Part shown: piece after piece, positions 27,848-37,565 of the stretch
How the letters are laid out: each line of letters starts with the position of its first letter
How positions within the stretch are numbered: position 1 is the stretch's first letter
Source: Pseudomonadota bacterium
GTDB lineage: Bacteria; Desulfobacterota; Desulfobacteria; Desulfobacterales; UBA11574
Length of the DNA: 64,000 nt
Assembly: GCA_043827325.1 (NCBI GenBank)
Contig: JBDRPF010000071.1
Span: 7,795-71,794, forward strand
Direction of reading: 5' to 3'
Program-made: the position numbers and the translations under genes
Notes under the pieces: model-generated
Told to the model about the DNA's origin: nothing
Seen by the model: only the letters and a program-made list of their open reading frames with translations
The model's database searches: none

Positions 27848-27989
27848 ACAACAAGTCGGCCAGTTCCCGGGGCGGCGCCATCAGCTTTCGTTTACCGAGG
27901 TCAAGCCATGCGCCTTCCAGCGTGACCGTCGCAGCCAGCGTTCCGTCCTGCTTGTACACATCATGCGTCATGTGAAAGCGTTCCGCGTT
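27828..27989 (-). pseudogene. C-terminal fragment of a hotdog thioesterase-like gene
   Basis: hand translation NAERFHMTHDVYKQDGTLAATVTLEGAWLDLGKRKLMAPPRELADLLFNLPKR*; N-terminal part missing. Confidence 0.5.
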
Positions 27990-28037
27990 TCTGGTATTCT
28001 TTCATATCCTCATTTCCTTTTGCCGCCGACACGGTTT

Positions 28038-28655
28038 TTATAACAATCCGGTCAGTTTCAAACCATCCCTGAAGAGAAAAATGGAAAGGGCGCATAACGC
28101 CGCGCCCAACGCTTTCACGGTGTAAACGTACGCTTTTGCGGTCAGAAAAGTGCGGGATCTGCCGACGAGCATTGCCAGAGATATTTTGGATCCCACAAGC
28201 ATCACGTAAAAACTCCCGGTGAAGGCCGCTGCTGTCAAAACACCATGATCCATGGCTTTCATCACCGTCGGCGCACCGACACCGAGCCAGAACAGGTACG
28301 GATGTGGATTCAGCGCATTAACCATGATCCCCTTTTTCAGCGATCCGGGAGTGTGATCATGAACATCTATTGTTACGCCTTTTGTCCGTATGCTTTCATA
28401 CCCTAAATAGAGAATCAAAAACCCGCCGAGAAATGAAATTATTCCTAACAGAATACGAAAATTCGATAACTTTGACAATATGAACAGGGTCAACAGAATA
28501 ATGGGCAAATCAGTGAGGACAGGTGCAATTGCCACTTTAACGCCGGCTTTCAGGCCGTGCCGGAGTGTCTCCGTTATGACCAGGGTGAGAAGGGGGCCGG
28601 GGGCAAAACCTGCGGACAGGCCCAATATGATTCCGGTGGTCAGGAAAGTTGTCAT
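28038..28655 (-). CDS. LysE family translocator
   Basis: APGP, G..VNALNPHPYLFW, hydrophobic helices. Confidence 0.85.
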   Translation of the reverse strand: MTTFLTTGIILGLSAGFAPGPLLTLVITETLRHGLKAGVKVAIAPVLTDLPIILLTLFILSKLSNFRILLGIISFLGGFLILYLGYESIRTKGVTIDVHDHTPGSLKKGIMVNALNPHPYLFWLGVGAPTVMKAMDHGVLTAAAFTGSFYVMLVGSKISLAMLVGRSRTFLTAKAYVYTVKALGAALCALSIFLFRDGLKLTGLL

Positions 28656-28708
28656 TTCTTCTTAGCCCCCCTCGATCACGCAAAAATATCCGGGGCTGCT
28701 CTCCTGCA

Positions 28709-29338
28709 CTATTCCGGACCCAGTAAAAACAGCCCCAGGTTCCCCCTGCCGCGAAATTTTCGGTCGATTACCGAGAGCCCGTGTGCATCGATCAACGGGG
28801 GCAGTCCTTTTCGGGCGAGAAAATCCCGATAATTCTTAAAATGCGTTCGGCCCGCCATGGCCTCAATGAACGTCATCACCCCTTTGACCAATCGACCCTC
28901 CGGTGATGGAACCGGTTCGGGATGATAATCGATAATCAATATCCGGCCGTCCTTCTTCAAAACACGTTTGGTTTCACTGATCACGGCCGTCCGGACGGAA
29001 GCGAACATTTCATGCAGGGCGAAAATAATGACAACCAGATCGAATGCGCCGTCTGAATATGGCATTTGTGACGCATCACCCAGTAAAAGTGCCGACCGTT
29101 CTCCCAGTTTTTCCCTGGCAATTGCCAGCATCGCGGGGGAAAGGTCGATGCCGAAAATACTGCAACCGGCCTTCTGGTAAAATTTCAGATGTGTCCCTGT
29201 TCCACACCCCACTTCAAGGACACGTACCCCGTTTACAGGGGGAAACATCTTCCTGCCGTCTTCACCGATGGGAATCGTCACCGGCTCGATGAGTCTGTCG
29301 TACCATCGTGCGATCCTTCTGTAGGGATCTCTGTTCAT
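28709..29338 (-). CDS. class I SAM-dependent methyltransferase
   Basis: VLEVGCGTG, GIDLSPAML, GDASQMPY, FALHE, RVLKKDG. Confidence 0.85.
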   Translation of the reverse strand: MNRDPYRRIARWYDRLIEPVTIPIGEDGRKMFPPVNGVRVLEVGCGTGTHLKFYQKAGCSIFGIDLSPAMLAIAREKLGERSALLLGDASQMPYSDGAFDLVVIIFALHEMFASVRTAVISETKRVLKKDGRILIIDYHPEPVPSPEGRLVKGVMTFIEAMAGRTHFKNYRDFLARKGLPPLIDAHGLSVIDRKFRGRGNLGLFLLGPE

Positions 29339-29340
29339 GA

Positions 29341-30162
29341 TCACCGCCAGGTGACGACAGGCGGCCGGCGCGACGGTAGCCTGTGATAGCTGAATTTGGG
29401 ATGCCCCACCATCATGGCCCCGAAGCATTGATGCCCCTGAGGGAGCGACAATGCTTCCATCATGGGAGGAAACGTAACGGCCGCGGCATTGAAGTAGCCG
29501 GCCCAGCAGCATCCCAGGCCCATGCTTGTTGCGGCCAGTTCAAGGTAAGTCAACGCGATGGTGCAGGCAGAAGGTGCCGCCCTGTTCTCTTTTGCAGCAT
29601 GAGCGACGATGACAACCGGGGCGCCCCGCAGAATAAAATCCTCCCCGCCCGCCCAGCGTTTTACAACCCGGTCCATGCCCATGGGTGCGGCGATTTCCGG
29701 CATGTTGTCGATCATCCAGCGCATCCAGTCAACGACGGTTCCGGCAAGTTTGCGCAATTCATCACCACTGCTCAAAACCAGCCACTCGGCACATTGGGAA
29801 TTGTGTCCGGACGGCGCGTACCTGGCAATGTCAATGAGCCTGGCAAGATCGTCCCTGGATACGGGCTTGTCTTTGTAAACCCTTATCGAACGGCGGTTTC
29901 GCAAAAAATGTTCGCACTGTTCAGCGGTCAAATAAAGCCCCTTCTGTACGGGCGGACATTCCGCCACGGCCATTTCCCGATGGGTGAGGCTGCCGGTCGG
30001 GCACACGGCCACACAGTGGCCGCAGCGGATGCACACAGCCTCTGCCACGGGATTCGGGGTCGGGCATTCTCCTTTTTGGAAATCAATAATCCCGGCAGGA
30101 CAGACCGCGGCGCAGATCCCGTCCTGATTGCACGTTTTCTGGTCGACTTCAAACAGTTTCAT
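29341..30162 (-). CDS. ferredoxin-nitroreductase fusion
   Basis: CNQDGICAAVCP, CIRCGHCVAVCP, RRSIR, APSGHNSQ, GLGCCW. Confidence 0.9.
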   Translation of the reverse strand: MKLFEVDQKTCNQDGICAAVCPAGIIDFQKGECPTPNPVAEAVCIRCGHCVAVCPTGSLTHREMAVAECPPVQKGLYLTAEQCEHFLRNRRSIRVYKDKPVSRDDLARLIDIARYAPSGHNSQCAEWLVLSSGDELRKLAGTVVDWMRWMIDNMPEIAAPMGMDRVVKRWAGGEDFILRGAPVVIVAHAAKENRAAPSACTIALTYLELAATSMGLGCCWAGYFNAAAVTFPPMMEALSLPQGHQCFGAMMVGHPKFSYHRLPSRRPPVVTWR

Positions 30163-30240
30163 TCTGTCATCTCCTTATTCATAACCGATTTTTTCACGAG
30201 CTCGAATCCTTCAGCGGGTAACTCGCAATCCTTTCCGGTC

Positions 30241-30624
30241 CTATTTTTTGTTTTTGAGCAGGTCCTCCAGGCCGGCGAACGGCCTGTAGGTAGAGGACGG
30301 CTTCTCCTCGCCCGCCGGCAGCGACGCGTCATGCCATTCCTGGTCCATATAGCGCGAGTGCTCATTGTCGTGACAGTAGAGACACAGCAGCTCCCAGTTG
30401 CTGCCGTCCGGCGGGTTGTTGTCGTGGTTGTGGTCCCTGTGATGGACCGTAAGCTCACGAAGTTTTTTGCCGGTGAATTCGCGCCCGCACCGCCCGCAGA
30501 TCCACGGGAAAATTTTGAGCGCCCGTTCCCGGTATCCCTGCTCCCGTTGCTGACGCTCTCGCCGGGCCTCTTTAACGACCCGGTCCAGTCTGTCTTTGTC
30601 TGTTCGTGTCTTCTTCGACGGCAT
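30241..30624 (-). CDS. yajD: YajD family HNH nuclease
   Basis: YRERALKIFPWICGRCGREF, LTVHHRDHNHDNNPPDGSNWELLCLYCHDNEH. Confidence 0.85.
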   Translation of the reverse strand: MPSKKTRTDKDRLDRVVKEARRERQQREQGYRERALKIFPWICGRCGREFTGKKLRELTVHHRDHNHDNNPPDGSNWELLCLYCHDNEHSRYMDQEWHDASLPAGEEKPSSTYRPFAGLEDLLKNKK

Positions 30625-30872
30625 GTTTTCCCAGTATATCTTTGAGATGATGACGCAAGTGACGAAGGTAGTCCTTCACCACAAAACCCAGAGGAACCGG
30701 TTCCTTTATGGTTGGCTTTTACAGGGCATCGGGTGATGAGCGATTTTGCCGCCAAAGTATCCACCGACACCGCCGATTCCGATGATTCCAATATTCATAG
30801 CGATCCGACCTATAGTTTCGATCCGGGAATGGGACTTGACGGCGGATCGACGCCAACCAATGCCTGCGAGAT

Positions 30873-31292
30873 CTATTCGCTCAAGCAGCTTTGCAGGGCA
30901 AGCACATTTTCATCGTGCTGCACCTTGATCGCTTCCAGAAACAGGTCCTGCGATCCTTCCGGGAGGAGATGCCGGTACTCCCGTATTTTGCGCGCAACCC
31001 ACGCCTGCCCGCGGATCAGCAGTTCGACCTTCTCGTCTACAGTGTTCAGCGCCTGGACCTTTTCCACAAACGCCCCGGTCTTGTCCGAAGGCGCAGCGCC
31101 CAGATCGTGAATGAGGTTGACTAGAATGTGGCAGTTCATGCCCTCATCGCGAAGGAACTTTTTTAAAAATTTCCGGAGACGCTCATCCTCCGTCTGGTAG
31201 AGCAATTCCCCCAGCACCTTCACGCCGGCACGTTCCGATTCCAGGAGAAGGTTTAAAAAATCCAGCAAATTCGTAATGTCATTTTCTGTCAT
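30873..31292 (-). CDS. ferritin-like four-helix protein
   Basis: LLESERAG, RDEGMNC, GQAWV, H..N pattern. Confidence 0.6.
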   Translation of the reverse strand: MTENDITNLLDFLNLLLESERAGVKVLGELLYQTEDERLRKFLKKFLRDEGMNCHILVNLIHDLGAAPSDKTGAFVEKVQALNTVDEKVELLIRGQAWVARKIREYRHLLPEGSQDLFLEAIKVQHDENVLALQSCLSE

Positions 31293-31321
31293 CGGTGGTA
31301 TTCCCCCGTGCGTTAATTTAT

Positions 31322-31789
31322 TTACGGCAAATCTTCCATGGTCAGCTCATGGGTGATATCGATGCAGCCGACAACACTCTGGGCCGCCGGGCACAGCGTA
31401 ATATACGACTCCATCGCCGCCATGGCATCCGCCCGCTTCTCCTCCGGCAATTTAAGGCTGTACGCCACGTTGATACGCGTGATCTTCAGTACACCGCCGA
31501 CATCTTCGATGTCTCCGGTGACGGTTGCTTTGTACTGTTCCTTGAAGGTTTTGATTTTCTTTCCGGCCAGCACCGCGGCCAGTGTGCCCATCATTCAGCC
31601 GCCGACGGCTCCGACGATGTGGTCCAGCGTTGCCGCGTGCTCTTTATCAGGATCGATCTTGTAAAAATCCTTTATCCCGCCGTGGACGCCATAGAAGACC
31701 GGCTCTGCAAAACCTTTTATTTCGGCTTTCCGCGTGGGGCCCATCTCCCTCGTAATGGTGATGTGCGATGTGTGAACGACGTTTCCCAT
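31322..31789 (-). CDS. OsmC-like selenoprotein (in-frame UGA at 31595-31597)
   Basis: ORFs 31595-31789 and 31322-31594 are in frame and separated only by TGA: AVGG-U-MMGTL, at the OsmC first-Cys position; second Cys in LCPAAQS; hairpin 12 nt downstream. Confidence 0.85.
31563..31582 (-). promoter_or_regulatory. putative bacterial SECIS hairpin
   Basis: CUGGCC-GCGGUGCU-GGCCGG starting 12 nt 3' of the UGA. Confidence 0.6.
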
Positions 31790-31934
31790 GATACCTCCTG
31801 TATGCAGTAAATCAGAAAACCGAAGACCCGGTCTTGATTCTTGCCAAACAAACCGGGAGCTTTACATCGTATTTCTCGCCGGAACGGTAGAACCTTTCCT
31901 GGCCCACCACCAGCGGTGTGGGTACAGATCACAA

Positions 31935-32402
31935 TTAACCGCCCGCCGTCTGCGGAAAGGCGGTGTTGGCGTATAAATACTCCATCTTCTCTTTGTGTTT
32001 TAGCTCCTCGTTTGCGATTCTGATCAGCATCTCCTTTGTGTCCCCGCCGGAATGCAACCCGGCCAGCTCCGTATAAAAATGATAGGATTTCAGCTCCCGG
32101 TGAGACGCCACCAGAAAGACATCCTCCCTGCGCATGTCTTTCGCGATCTCCGGCTCTTCCTGATGTTCGGCAATCTTGTAATGAACAGCGTCGCTCATCC
32201 TCAAGGCGCTGGAACCGTACTTGCCCTCTCGATAGTTCACCAGAAAGTCCCTGTGCTTCTTCTCTTCGTTTGCAACCCATTCTATGGTTTCTTTGGCACT
32301 TTTATCCTCGATCTTGCTGAGAATATCCGTATAGAAGGTGTAGGCCTCCTCCTCCCTCTGTATGGCCTTGTCAAGCACTTCCGAAAGTTTCAGTTCTTTC
32401 AT
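31935..32402 (-). CDS. ferritin/rubrerythrin-family diiron protein
   Basis: AIQREEEAYTFY, EEKKH, E.KSYHFY, EELKH. Confidence 0.85.
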   Translation of the reverse strand: MKELKLSEVLDKAIQREEEAYTFYTDILSKIEDKSAKETIEWVANEEKKHRDFLVNYREGKYGSSALRMSDAVHYKIAEHQEEPEIAKDMRREDVFLVASHRELKSYHFYTELAGLHSGGDTKEMLIRIANEELKHKEKMEYLYANTAFPQTAGG

Positions 32403-32467
32403 CTGCAACCCTCCTTATTTTTCATCACAATTTTATCCGGCGGCGAAGCCGCCTTCAAAAAATCGCG

Positions 32468-34072
32468 TCAGCGATTTTTTGTCCAGTACGGGTTTATCAG
32501 ATCTTCAAAAATGGTCATCGCCGCCTCCGCGCCATGCCCGGCCGCGGTTACGATCTGTTTGTATCCGCCGGACACGTCACCGGCCGTATAAATTCCCGGA
32601 ACATTTGTTCTGTACTGCGCGTGCTTGATGAAACCCTCTTCCGTCAGTTCGATCCCCGCCTTCCGGGCCAGGTCCACGGCCGGGTCATATCCGATGGCGA
32701 TAAACACGCCCTGGACGGCCAGCGTCGAGGTCTCTTCCGACCGGTTGTTGTAAAGCAGCACTTCTTCCACGCTGTGCTTTCCTCTGATTTCTTTGACTTC
32801 CGTGTTGAAAAAGATCTGGATGTTGTTATCGACAAGGTTCTTTACCAGAACGTCCTGGGCCTTGAGCGTATCTTTCCGGTGGACGAGTGTCACGTCCACG
32901 CCGATGTGATGCAGGTGGAGGGCTTCGGTGACGGCGCTGTTTCCGCCGCCGACAATAATTACCTTTCGGCCTTTGAACAGGGGGCCGTCACAGGTGCTGC
33001 AATAGCTCACACCATGACCGGACAGGCGCGACTCTCCAGGGGCCCCGAGGTTTCTGTGAGTGGCGCCGGTGGCTATCAACAACGCCCGGGCAAGAAACTT
33101 TCGCCGGCTCGTCTGAACGGTGATGGGGTCGCCGGGGTCGATTTCCATCACCGCTTCTCCGGGAAAAATTTGAACGTATTCGAGGGCATGGGTTACCATA
33201 ATGTCCACCAGCGTCTTTCCGCCGATCTGTTTCAGGCCGGGGTAATTCTCAACGATCGGGGTGGTGGCAACCTGGCCTCCGAGCACACCCTTTTCCACGA
33301 CAACGGATTTGAGCCCGCTGCGTGCCGCGTAAATACCGGCGCTCAATCCGGCAGGCCCTCCCCCAACGATAACCAGATCGCACTCGATTTCCGGTTCATC
33401 GCTTTCAGGGATAAAAACCGTCTGCTGTTCCAGTTTTTCAAGGGATAGCATAAAAAGCTCTTCCGGCTGCGCGCCCTTGGCAACCAGGACGTCGTTTGCA
33501 TAGGTTTGCGGGACGGACTGCGCGGAATACTGGTTGGCCAGCTCCGGGTTCGCCTGGATGTCTATGATTTCCAGAGAGATCAGATCCGGTTTTTCCACCG
33601 CCGCCTTGAGGGTGTTCAATGCCTGCTGGGGGCAATACGGGCAGCTTGCACTGACGAACACCTTGATATTTCTTGGTTGATCGATCCGTTTTATCACCTG
33701 GAGAGACTGCGCGTTGAGATTGCTTTTCCGGGTGCCGATGAGGATCAGGGCTTCCAGAAAAATACGCCCCTCTTCCCCCAGCGGAGCACCCAGCCAGCGG
33801 ATGTTATAGTTGTCCGGATCGAAAACAAGGGTCGGCGAATATTCGATGTTCCATTTTACCGCCTTTTCGTGATCCAGGCTGAATTCGCGCAGCACGATTT
33901 TGTCACTGATCTGGCGGAAAAAGCGTATCGCCTGCCTGGCTGCATCGCTGAAAACGTCGTTTGTCCCCGGTTGGGCGAACAGAAACAGTGGAATGTCCTC
34001 TTTTATTTCCTTGAACAATCCGGCAATTTCCCGCTGCGCCTCCTGTATCGCGACTTCTTCCTTTCCGTTCAT
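32468..34072 (-). CDS. thioredoxin reductase fused to an N-terminal double-thioredoxin (AhpF-NTD/PDO-like) domain
   Basis: CPYC in the second Trx fold; GGGPAGL, GVSYCSTCDG, GGGNSA, AGDV. Confidence 0.88.
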   Translation of the reverse strand: MNGKEEVAIQEAQREIAGLFKEIKEDIPLFLFAQPGTNDVFSDAARQAIRFFRQISDKIVLREFSLDHEKAVKWNIEYSPTLVFDPDNYNIRWLGAPLGEEGRIFLEALILIGTRKSNLNAQSLQVIKRIDQPRNIKVFVSASCPYCPQQALNTLKAAVEKPDLISLEIIDIQANPELANQYSAQSVPQTYANDVLVAKGAQPEELFMLSLEKLEQQTVFIPESDEPEIECDLVIVGGGPAGLSAGIYAARSGLKSVVVEKGVLGGQVATTPIVENYPGLKQIGGKTLVDIMVTHALEYVQIFPGEAVMEIDPGDPITVQTSRRKFLARALLIATGATHRNLGAPGESRLSGHGVSYCSTCDGPLFKGRKVIIVGGGNSAVTEALHLHHIGVDVTLVHRKDTLKAQDVLVKNLVDNNIQIFFNTEVKEIRGKHSVEEVLLYNNRSEETSTLAVQGVFIAIGYDPAVDLARKAGIELTEEGFIKHAQYRTNVPGIYTAGDVSGGYKQIVTAAGHGAEAAMTIFEDLINPYWTKNR

Positions 34073-34088
34073 TGCATTTACTCCTTAT

Positions 34089-34754
34089 TCAGTCTTTAAA
34101 AACAAGCTTTCCGCCCAAAAAACCGGCGGTCGTTGCCGCCGAGAGCATAATAAAGTTTACAATGAAAAATGGCACTCTCAGGGATGAATAGGCAGCGGCC
34201 ACATTTGGATCGACATACAGCCAGACGGCCAGAACGACGGCAGATAGTGAAACCACGGCACCGCAAACCATCTTTGTGAGAAATAGTGTGGTGAAGTTGC
34301 CTCCGTATTTCTTCTTCCACTCGACATAACCGGAGAAGAGAACCAGGGGCATGGATAGAACAACAAAAATCAGATTGTAATGGGCGGCCAGACTCAAACC
34401 GCTGAAATTGAACGCGGCCGCTAAAACGACAAAGATGACGGAAACCGGGAGCACGCCGTTGGGAATATGCACCGAAACCGGATGCACGTGATGTTTTACC
34501 ATCTGGCTGAAGAGGACGTCCCATTTCGAGGTGCCGGCCGGCGCTTCGGGTTTTGGATCTGCCGCTTCTTTTCCGGGTTCCGCACTCCCGGTTCCTTTCA
34601 CTTCAAATCCTGCCGGTTCCGGTTTTTTCTCCGAACCCTCTTCGGATTCCACTTCAATAAATTTGCTTCGATCGGCGCCGCACACCGGGCATGTTGCAGG
34701 CGGCTCGTCTCCCTCATGGATATAACCGCACACCGTGCATTTCCACTTCTTCAT
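34089..34754 (-). CDS. rubredoxin-like domain fused to a 4-TM membrane domain
   Basis: [10 protein letters not shown]...CPVCG, acidic/Pro linker, HPVSVHIP and hydrophobic helices. Confidence 0.75.
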   Translation of the reverse strand: MKKWKCTVCGYIHEGDEPPATCPVCGADRSKFIEVESEEGSEKKPEPAGFEVKGTGSAEPGKEAADPKPEAPAGTSKWDVLFSQMVKHHVHPVSVHIPNGVLPVSVIFVVLAAAFNFSGLSLAAHYNLIFVVLSMPLVLFSGYVEWKKKYGGNFTTLFLTKMVCGAVVSLSAVVLAVWLYVDPNVAAAYSSLRVPFFIVNFIMLSAATTAGFLGGKLVFKD

Positions 34755-34765
34755 CTATCCCTCCG

Positions 34766-35944
34766 TCATCTTTTTTCTATGGGAACAAAAGCGCACTCTT
34801 CCGGTCCGCAGTAATCTCCGATGTAGTGGGAATCAGGACGGTAGAGCACGGGCTTCGGCGCCGCGCCCCCGAACTGCTCTTCAATAACATGGGCCGCCCA
34901 GCCCGAAACTCTGGCGATGGCGAATATCGGCGTGAAGAGGTCTGTCGCTATTCCCATGTAGTAGTAAAGAGATGCGCTGTAGAAGTCCACATTCGCATAG
35001 ATATCCCTGCCTTTTTTCTTCTTAAAGGCTTCCTTGCCCTTCTGCTCGAGCAGCGTTGACATTTCATACCATTTGGTATCGCCCGTGCGTTCGCCCATTG
35101 CCTTGGACATGGGTGCCAGGATATGCGCCCTGGGATCATCTGTCTGGTACACGGCGTGCCCCAGGCCCATGATAATGCCGCCGGTGGCAAGCAGATTGTT
35201 CACGTACGCCTCGACATTGTCCACCGCGCCGATTTCAAAAAGCATTTCCATCACCCGCGTATTCGCGCCGCCGTGCAGCTCTCCGGACAAAGATCCGACC
35301 CCCGCGGCTACGGCCGCGTACATGTGGGCCCGTGTCGATGCCACTTCCCGGGCCGCGAATGTGGACGCATTAAAAGAATGCTCCGCGTGCAGCACCAGGC
35401 AGACGTCAAAAAAACCGGCCAGCTCATCGTCGGGCACGGTTTCGTTAAGCATGTAAAGAAAGTTGGCCGCGTGGCTCAATTCCGGGTTCGGGGCGAGGGG
35501 CTCCCTGTCATTGCGAATTCGATCCCATGCGGCAACGATTGTCGGAAACTTCGCAATGAGCCTGACGGCCATGCGTTCCGACGCCTCAAGGGAACGCTCC
35601 CTGACATCCGGGTCATGATGCGCCAGCATGGAAACCGCCGACTGCAGAACATCCATGGGAAGGGCGTCTTTGGGCCGGGTTTTAAGGGCTGAAATCATCT
35701 CGGGCGGGAGCGGCCTCTCGGAAACGAGCCGCTCATTCAATTCACGGAGTTCGTCTTTTTTCGGCAGCTTTTCGTAAAGCAACAGATAAACAAGCTCTTC
35801 GAAGGAAATTTTCCCTGCGAGATTCTTGGCCTGGTATCCCCGGTACACCAGCTTGCCGACGGCTCCGTCCACATCGCTGATTTTGGTTGAAGCGACTTTA
35901 AAGCCGCGAAGACCTGTATTCAATATCGGTTTGCATTCATCCAT
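34766..35944 (-). CDS. citrate synthase / 2-methylcitrate synthase family
   Basis: HAEHSFNASTF, LHGGAN, MGLGHAVY..DPR, NVDFYS, RVSGW. Confidence 0.9.
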   Translation of the reverse strand: MDECKPILNTGLRGFKVASTKISDVDGAVGKLVYRGYQAKNLAGKISFEELVYLLLYEKLPKKDELRELNERLVSERPLPPEMISALKTRPKDALPMDVLQSAVSMLAHHDPDVRERSLEASERMAVRLIAKFPTIVAAWDRIRNDREPLAPNPELSHAANFLYMLNETVPDDELAGFFDVCLVLHAEHSFNASTFAAREVASTRAHMYAAVAAGVGSLSGELHGGANTRVMEMLFEIGAVDNVEAYVNNLLATGGIIMGLGHAVYQTDDPRAHILAPMSKAMGERTGDTKWYEMSTLLEQKGKEAFKKKKGRDIYANVDFYSASLYYYMGIATDLFTPIFAIARVSGWAAHVIEEQFGGAAPKPVLYRPDSHYIGDYCGPEECAFVPIEKR

Positions 35945-36362
35945 TTTGACCTCCCCGTATTTGATCAGGTTAGTGTAATACACCGTTTGTCTGCATTGAT
36001 GCTCAGATATTAATCAAATATCATGCCAGATCATAAACAATATGAACAAAAATTTAAAGCAGGGTATTGCGGATCTGCCTGAAACAAAAAATACGGTTTC
36101 AACGGTGCGATAAATGAATGGAATTCAGGTTTCATCTCTCCCGGATGAACTGAAAGAAAAGGTGCGGCCCGGGGCCGGAAATCGTCTCATATTACACGAG
36201 CGATACACATCTGTATCAAATATAGCCTGAATTGCGCGCAGGTATAAGATTTCCGGTTCAATATAAAGAAGACGGGCAGGCTGTTGGCCACGCGTTCTGC
36301 CCGGGGAAAGGGTTGCTGTGAGGCGTTTCCCCCGGCCTGCAGCAACGGCATGGGGCAACGGC

Positions 36363-36539
36363 CTATTCTTCTTCCGACAACGTCCCCTTGTGCTCGGTGG
36401 TGCAGAGCGGACAGACAACGTCAATCTCTTTTTCATCACCGATGAATTTTTCCCGCAGCATCTCGGGGCTTAAATTGCTTATTGTTCCGCAGGCGCAGTG
36501 CGGGCACTCCGCTCTTACCTTCCACTTTTTTTCCGACAT
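36363..36539 (-). CDS. 58-aa Cys-rich (zinc-ribbon-like) protein
   Basis: CPHCAC...CPLC..EH; SD AAGGAG before ATG 36539. Confidence 0.6.
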   Translation of the reverse strand: MSEKKWKVRAECPHCACGTISNLSPEMLREKFIGDEKEIDVVCPLCTTEHKGTLSEEE

Positions 36540-36615
36540 CAAGCGTCTCCTTTCTCTGACCTCATCCGGGATCCGGCTGAGAAACCCGTTACCCGATTTG
36601 AGCATTTGTTTCTAT

Positions 36616-37035
36616 TTAGAATTGTGCGCCTTCAGCGACCGCTTTTCTGGCACATCCCGGACAGAGTCCGGTAAATTCAAGATTGTGGCCGATGATCTGA
36701 AAAACAGTGGCCCCGTAAAGTTCGTTTTCAAGTTGATTCAGGGGCGCGATGGGCGCATCATCCACCCTGTCGCAGCATGTACAGCGGATGTGATAGTGTT
36801 TTTTCGTGTCCCAATCATAGCGCTTCAGCGACCCGCTGAGTTCCAGTTTTTGAATTTCTCCCAACTCAGACAGCACCTCGAGATTTCTGTAAACGGTACC
36901 CAGGCTGACGCGGGGCAGGCGGCGACGCACGATGCTGTATATTTCATCAGCGCTCGGGTGGACATCTAACTTTCGAAGCTCTTCCAGAATGATCTTGCGC
37001 TGCTGTGTCATCCTGAGGCTTTTTTCTCTTTGCAA
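36616..37035 (-). CDS. Fur/PerR family transcriptional repressor
   Basis: HPSADEIY, SLGTVYRNL, HYHIRCTCC, GLCPGC. Confidence 0.9.
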   Translation of the reverse strand: MQREKSLRMTQQRKIILEELRKLDVHPSADEIYSIVRRRLPRVSLGTVYRNLEVLSELGEIQKLELSGSLKRYDWDTKKHYHIRCTCCDRVDDAPIAPLNQLENELYGATVFQIIGHNLEFTGLCPGCARKAVAEGAQF

Positions 37036-37164
37036 GCTGTCTTCCTCTTATTGATATTTAGGCCATTGTTTTTCCTGTATTTTCTAAGCTGAAAACAATT
37101 CCGTGTCAAGGCTGAAGTAATGGATGTCGAATCGAACCGGGGACGCTGCCCGTATCCGGGAAGA

Positions 37165-37386
37165 TTAAATATCAAGCCACATATCCGCTTCGTTTCCGCA
37201 ATGGGTGCAGGTAGCGGAACCCTTTACCTGCTGCTTCGGCGTCTTTTCGTCTGTCGTTTCCGGTGAAGCCGCACGTTCCGTGTGTTCGTGCACGTCTTCC
37301 AGAGAGCAGGTTATCACCATCTCGGCTTCGTTTCCGCAGTTTTCACATGCGCACACCTGCTTATATTTTTTGACTTTTTCGCTCAT
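37165..37386 (-). CDS. 73-aa protein with duplicated CxxCGNEAxM motif
   Basis: CENCGNEAEM ... CTHCGNEADM; SD AGGAG. Confidence 0.7.
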   Translation of the reverse strand: MSEKVKKYKQVCACENCGNEAEMVITCSLEDVHEHTERAASPETTDEKTPKQQVKGSATCTHCGNEADMWLDI

Positions 37387-37565
37387 CCCGCACTCCTTTT
37401 TTTTATTTAGCTGTTATAAATTAAACACAACATTACCAGAAATCAAGATCCATGCCAATGTTGATTTGAAAAAGATGACATCTTTACCGCGCATATTCAA
37501 TTTCAATTTTATCATAAATATGATACCTGTTGACATCATCCTGCGATATCATTATTTCTTCAAAC

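Noticed and set aside
29383-30645. 420-aa plus-strand ORF
   Set aside because: Antisense shadow of the nitroreductase and yajD genes; no recognisable motifs.
31595-31789. Separate 64-aa and 90-aa genes, or a nonsense pseudogene
   Set aside because: Better explained as one UGA-recoded OsmC-like selenoprotein.
36265-36362. GC-rich multi-hairpin region as a ncRNA or riboswitch upstream of citrate synthase
   Set aside because: Hairpins are present, but I recognise no riboswitch or ncRNA consensus; they may simply be 3'-end structure of the upstream small gene.
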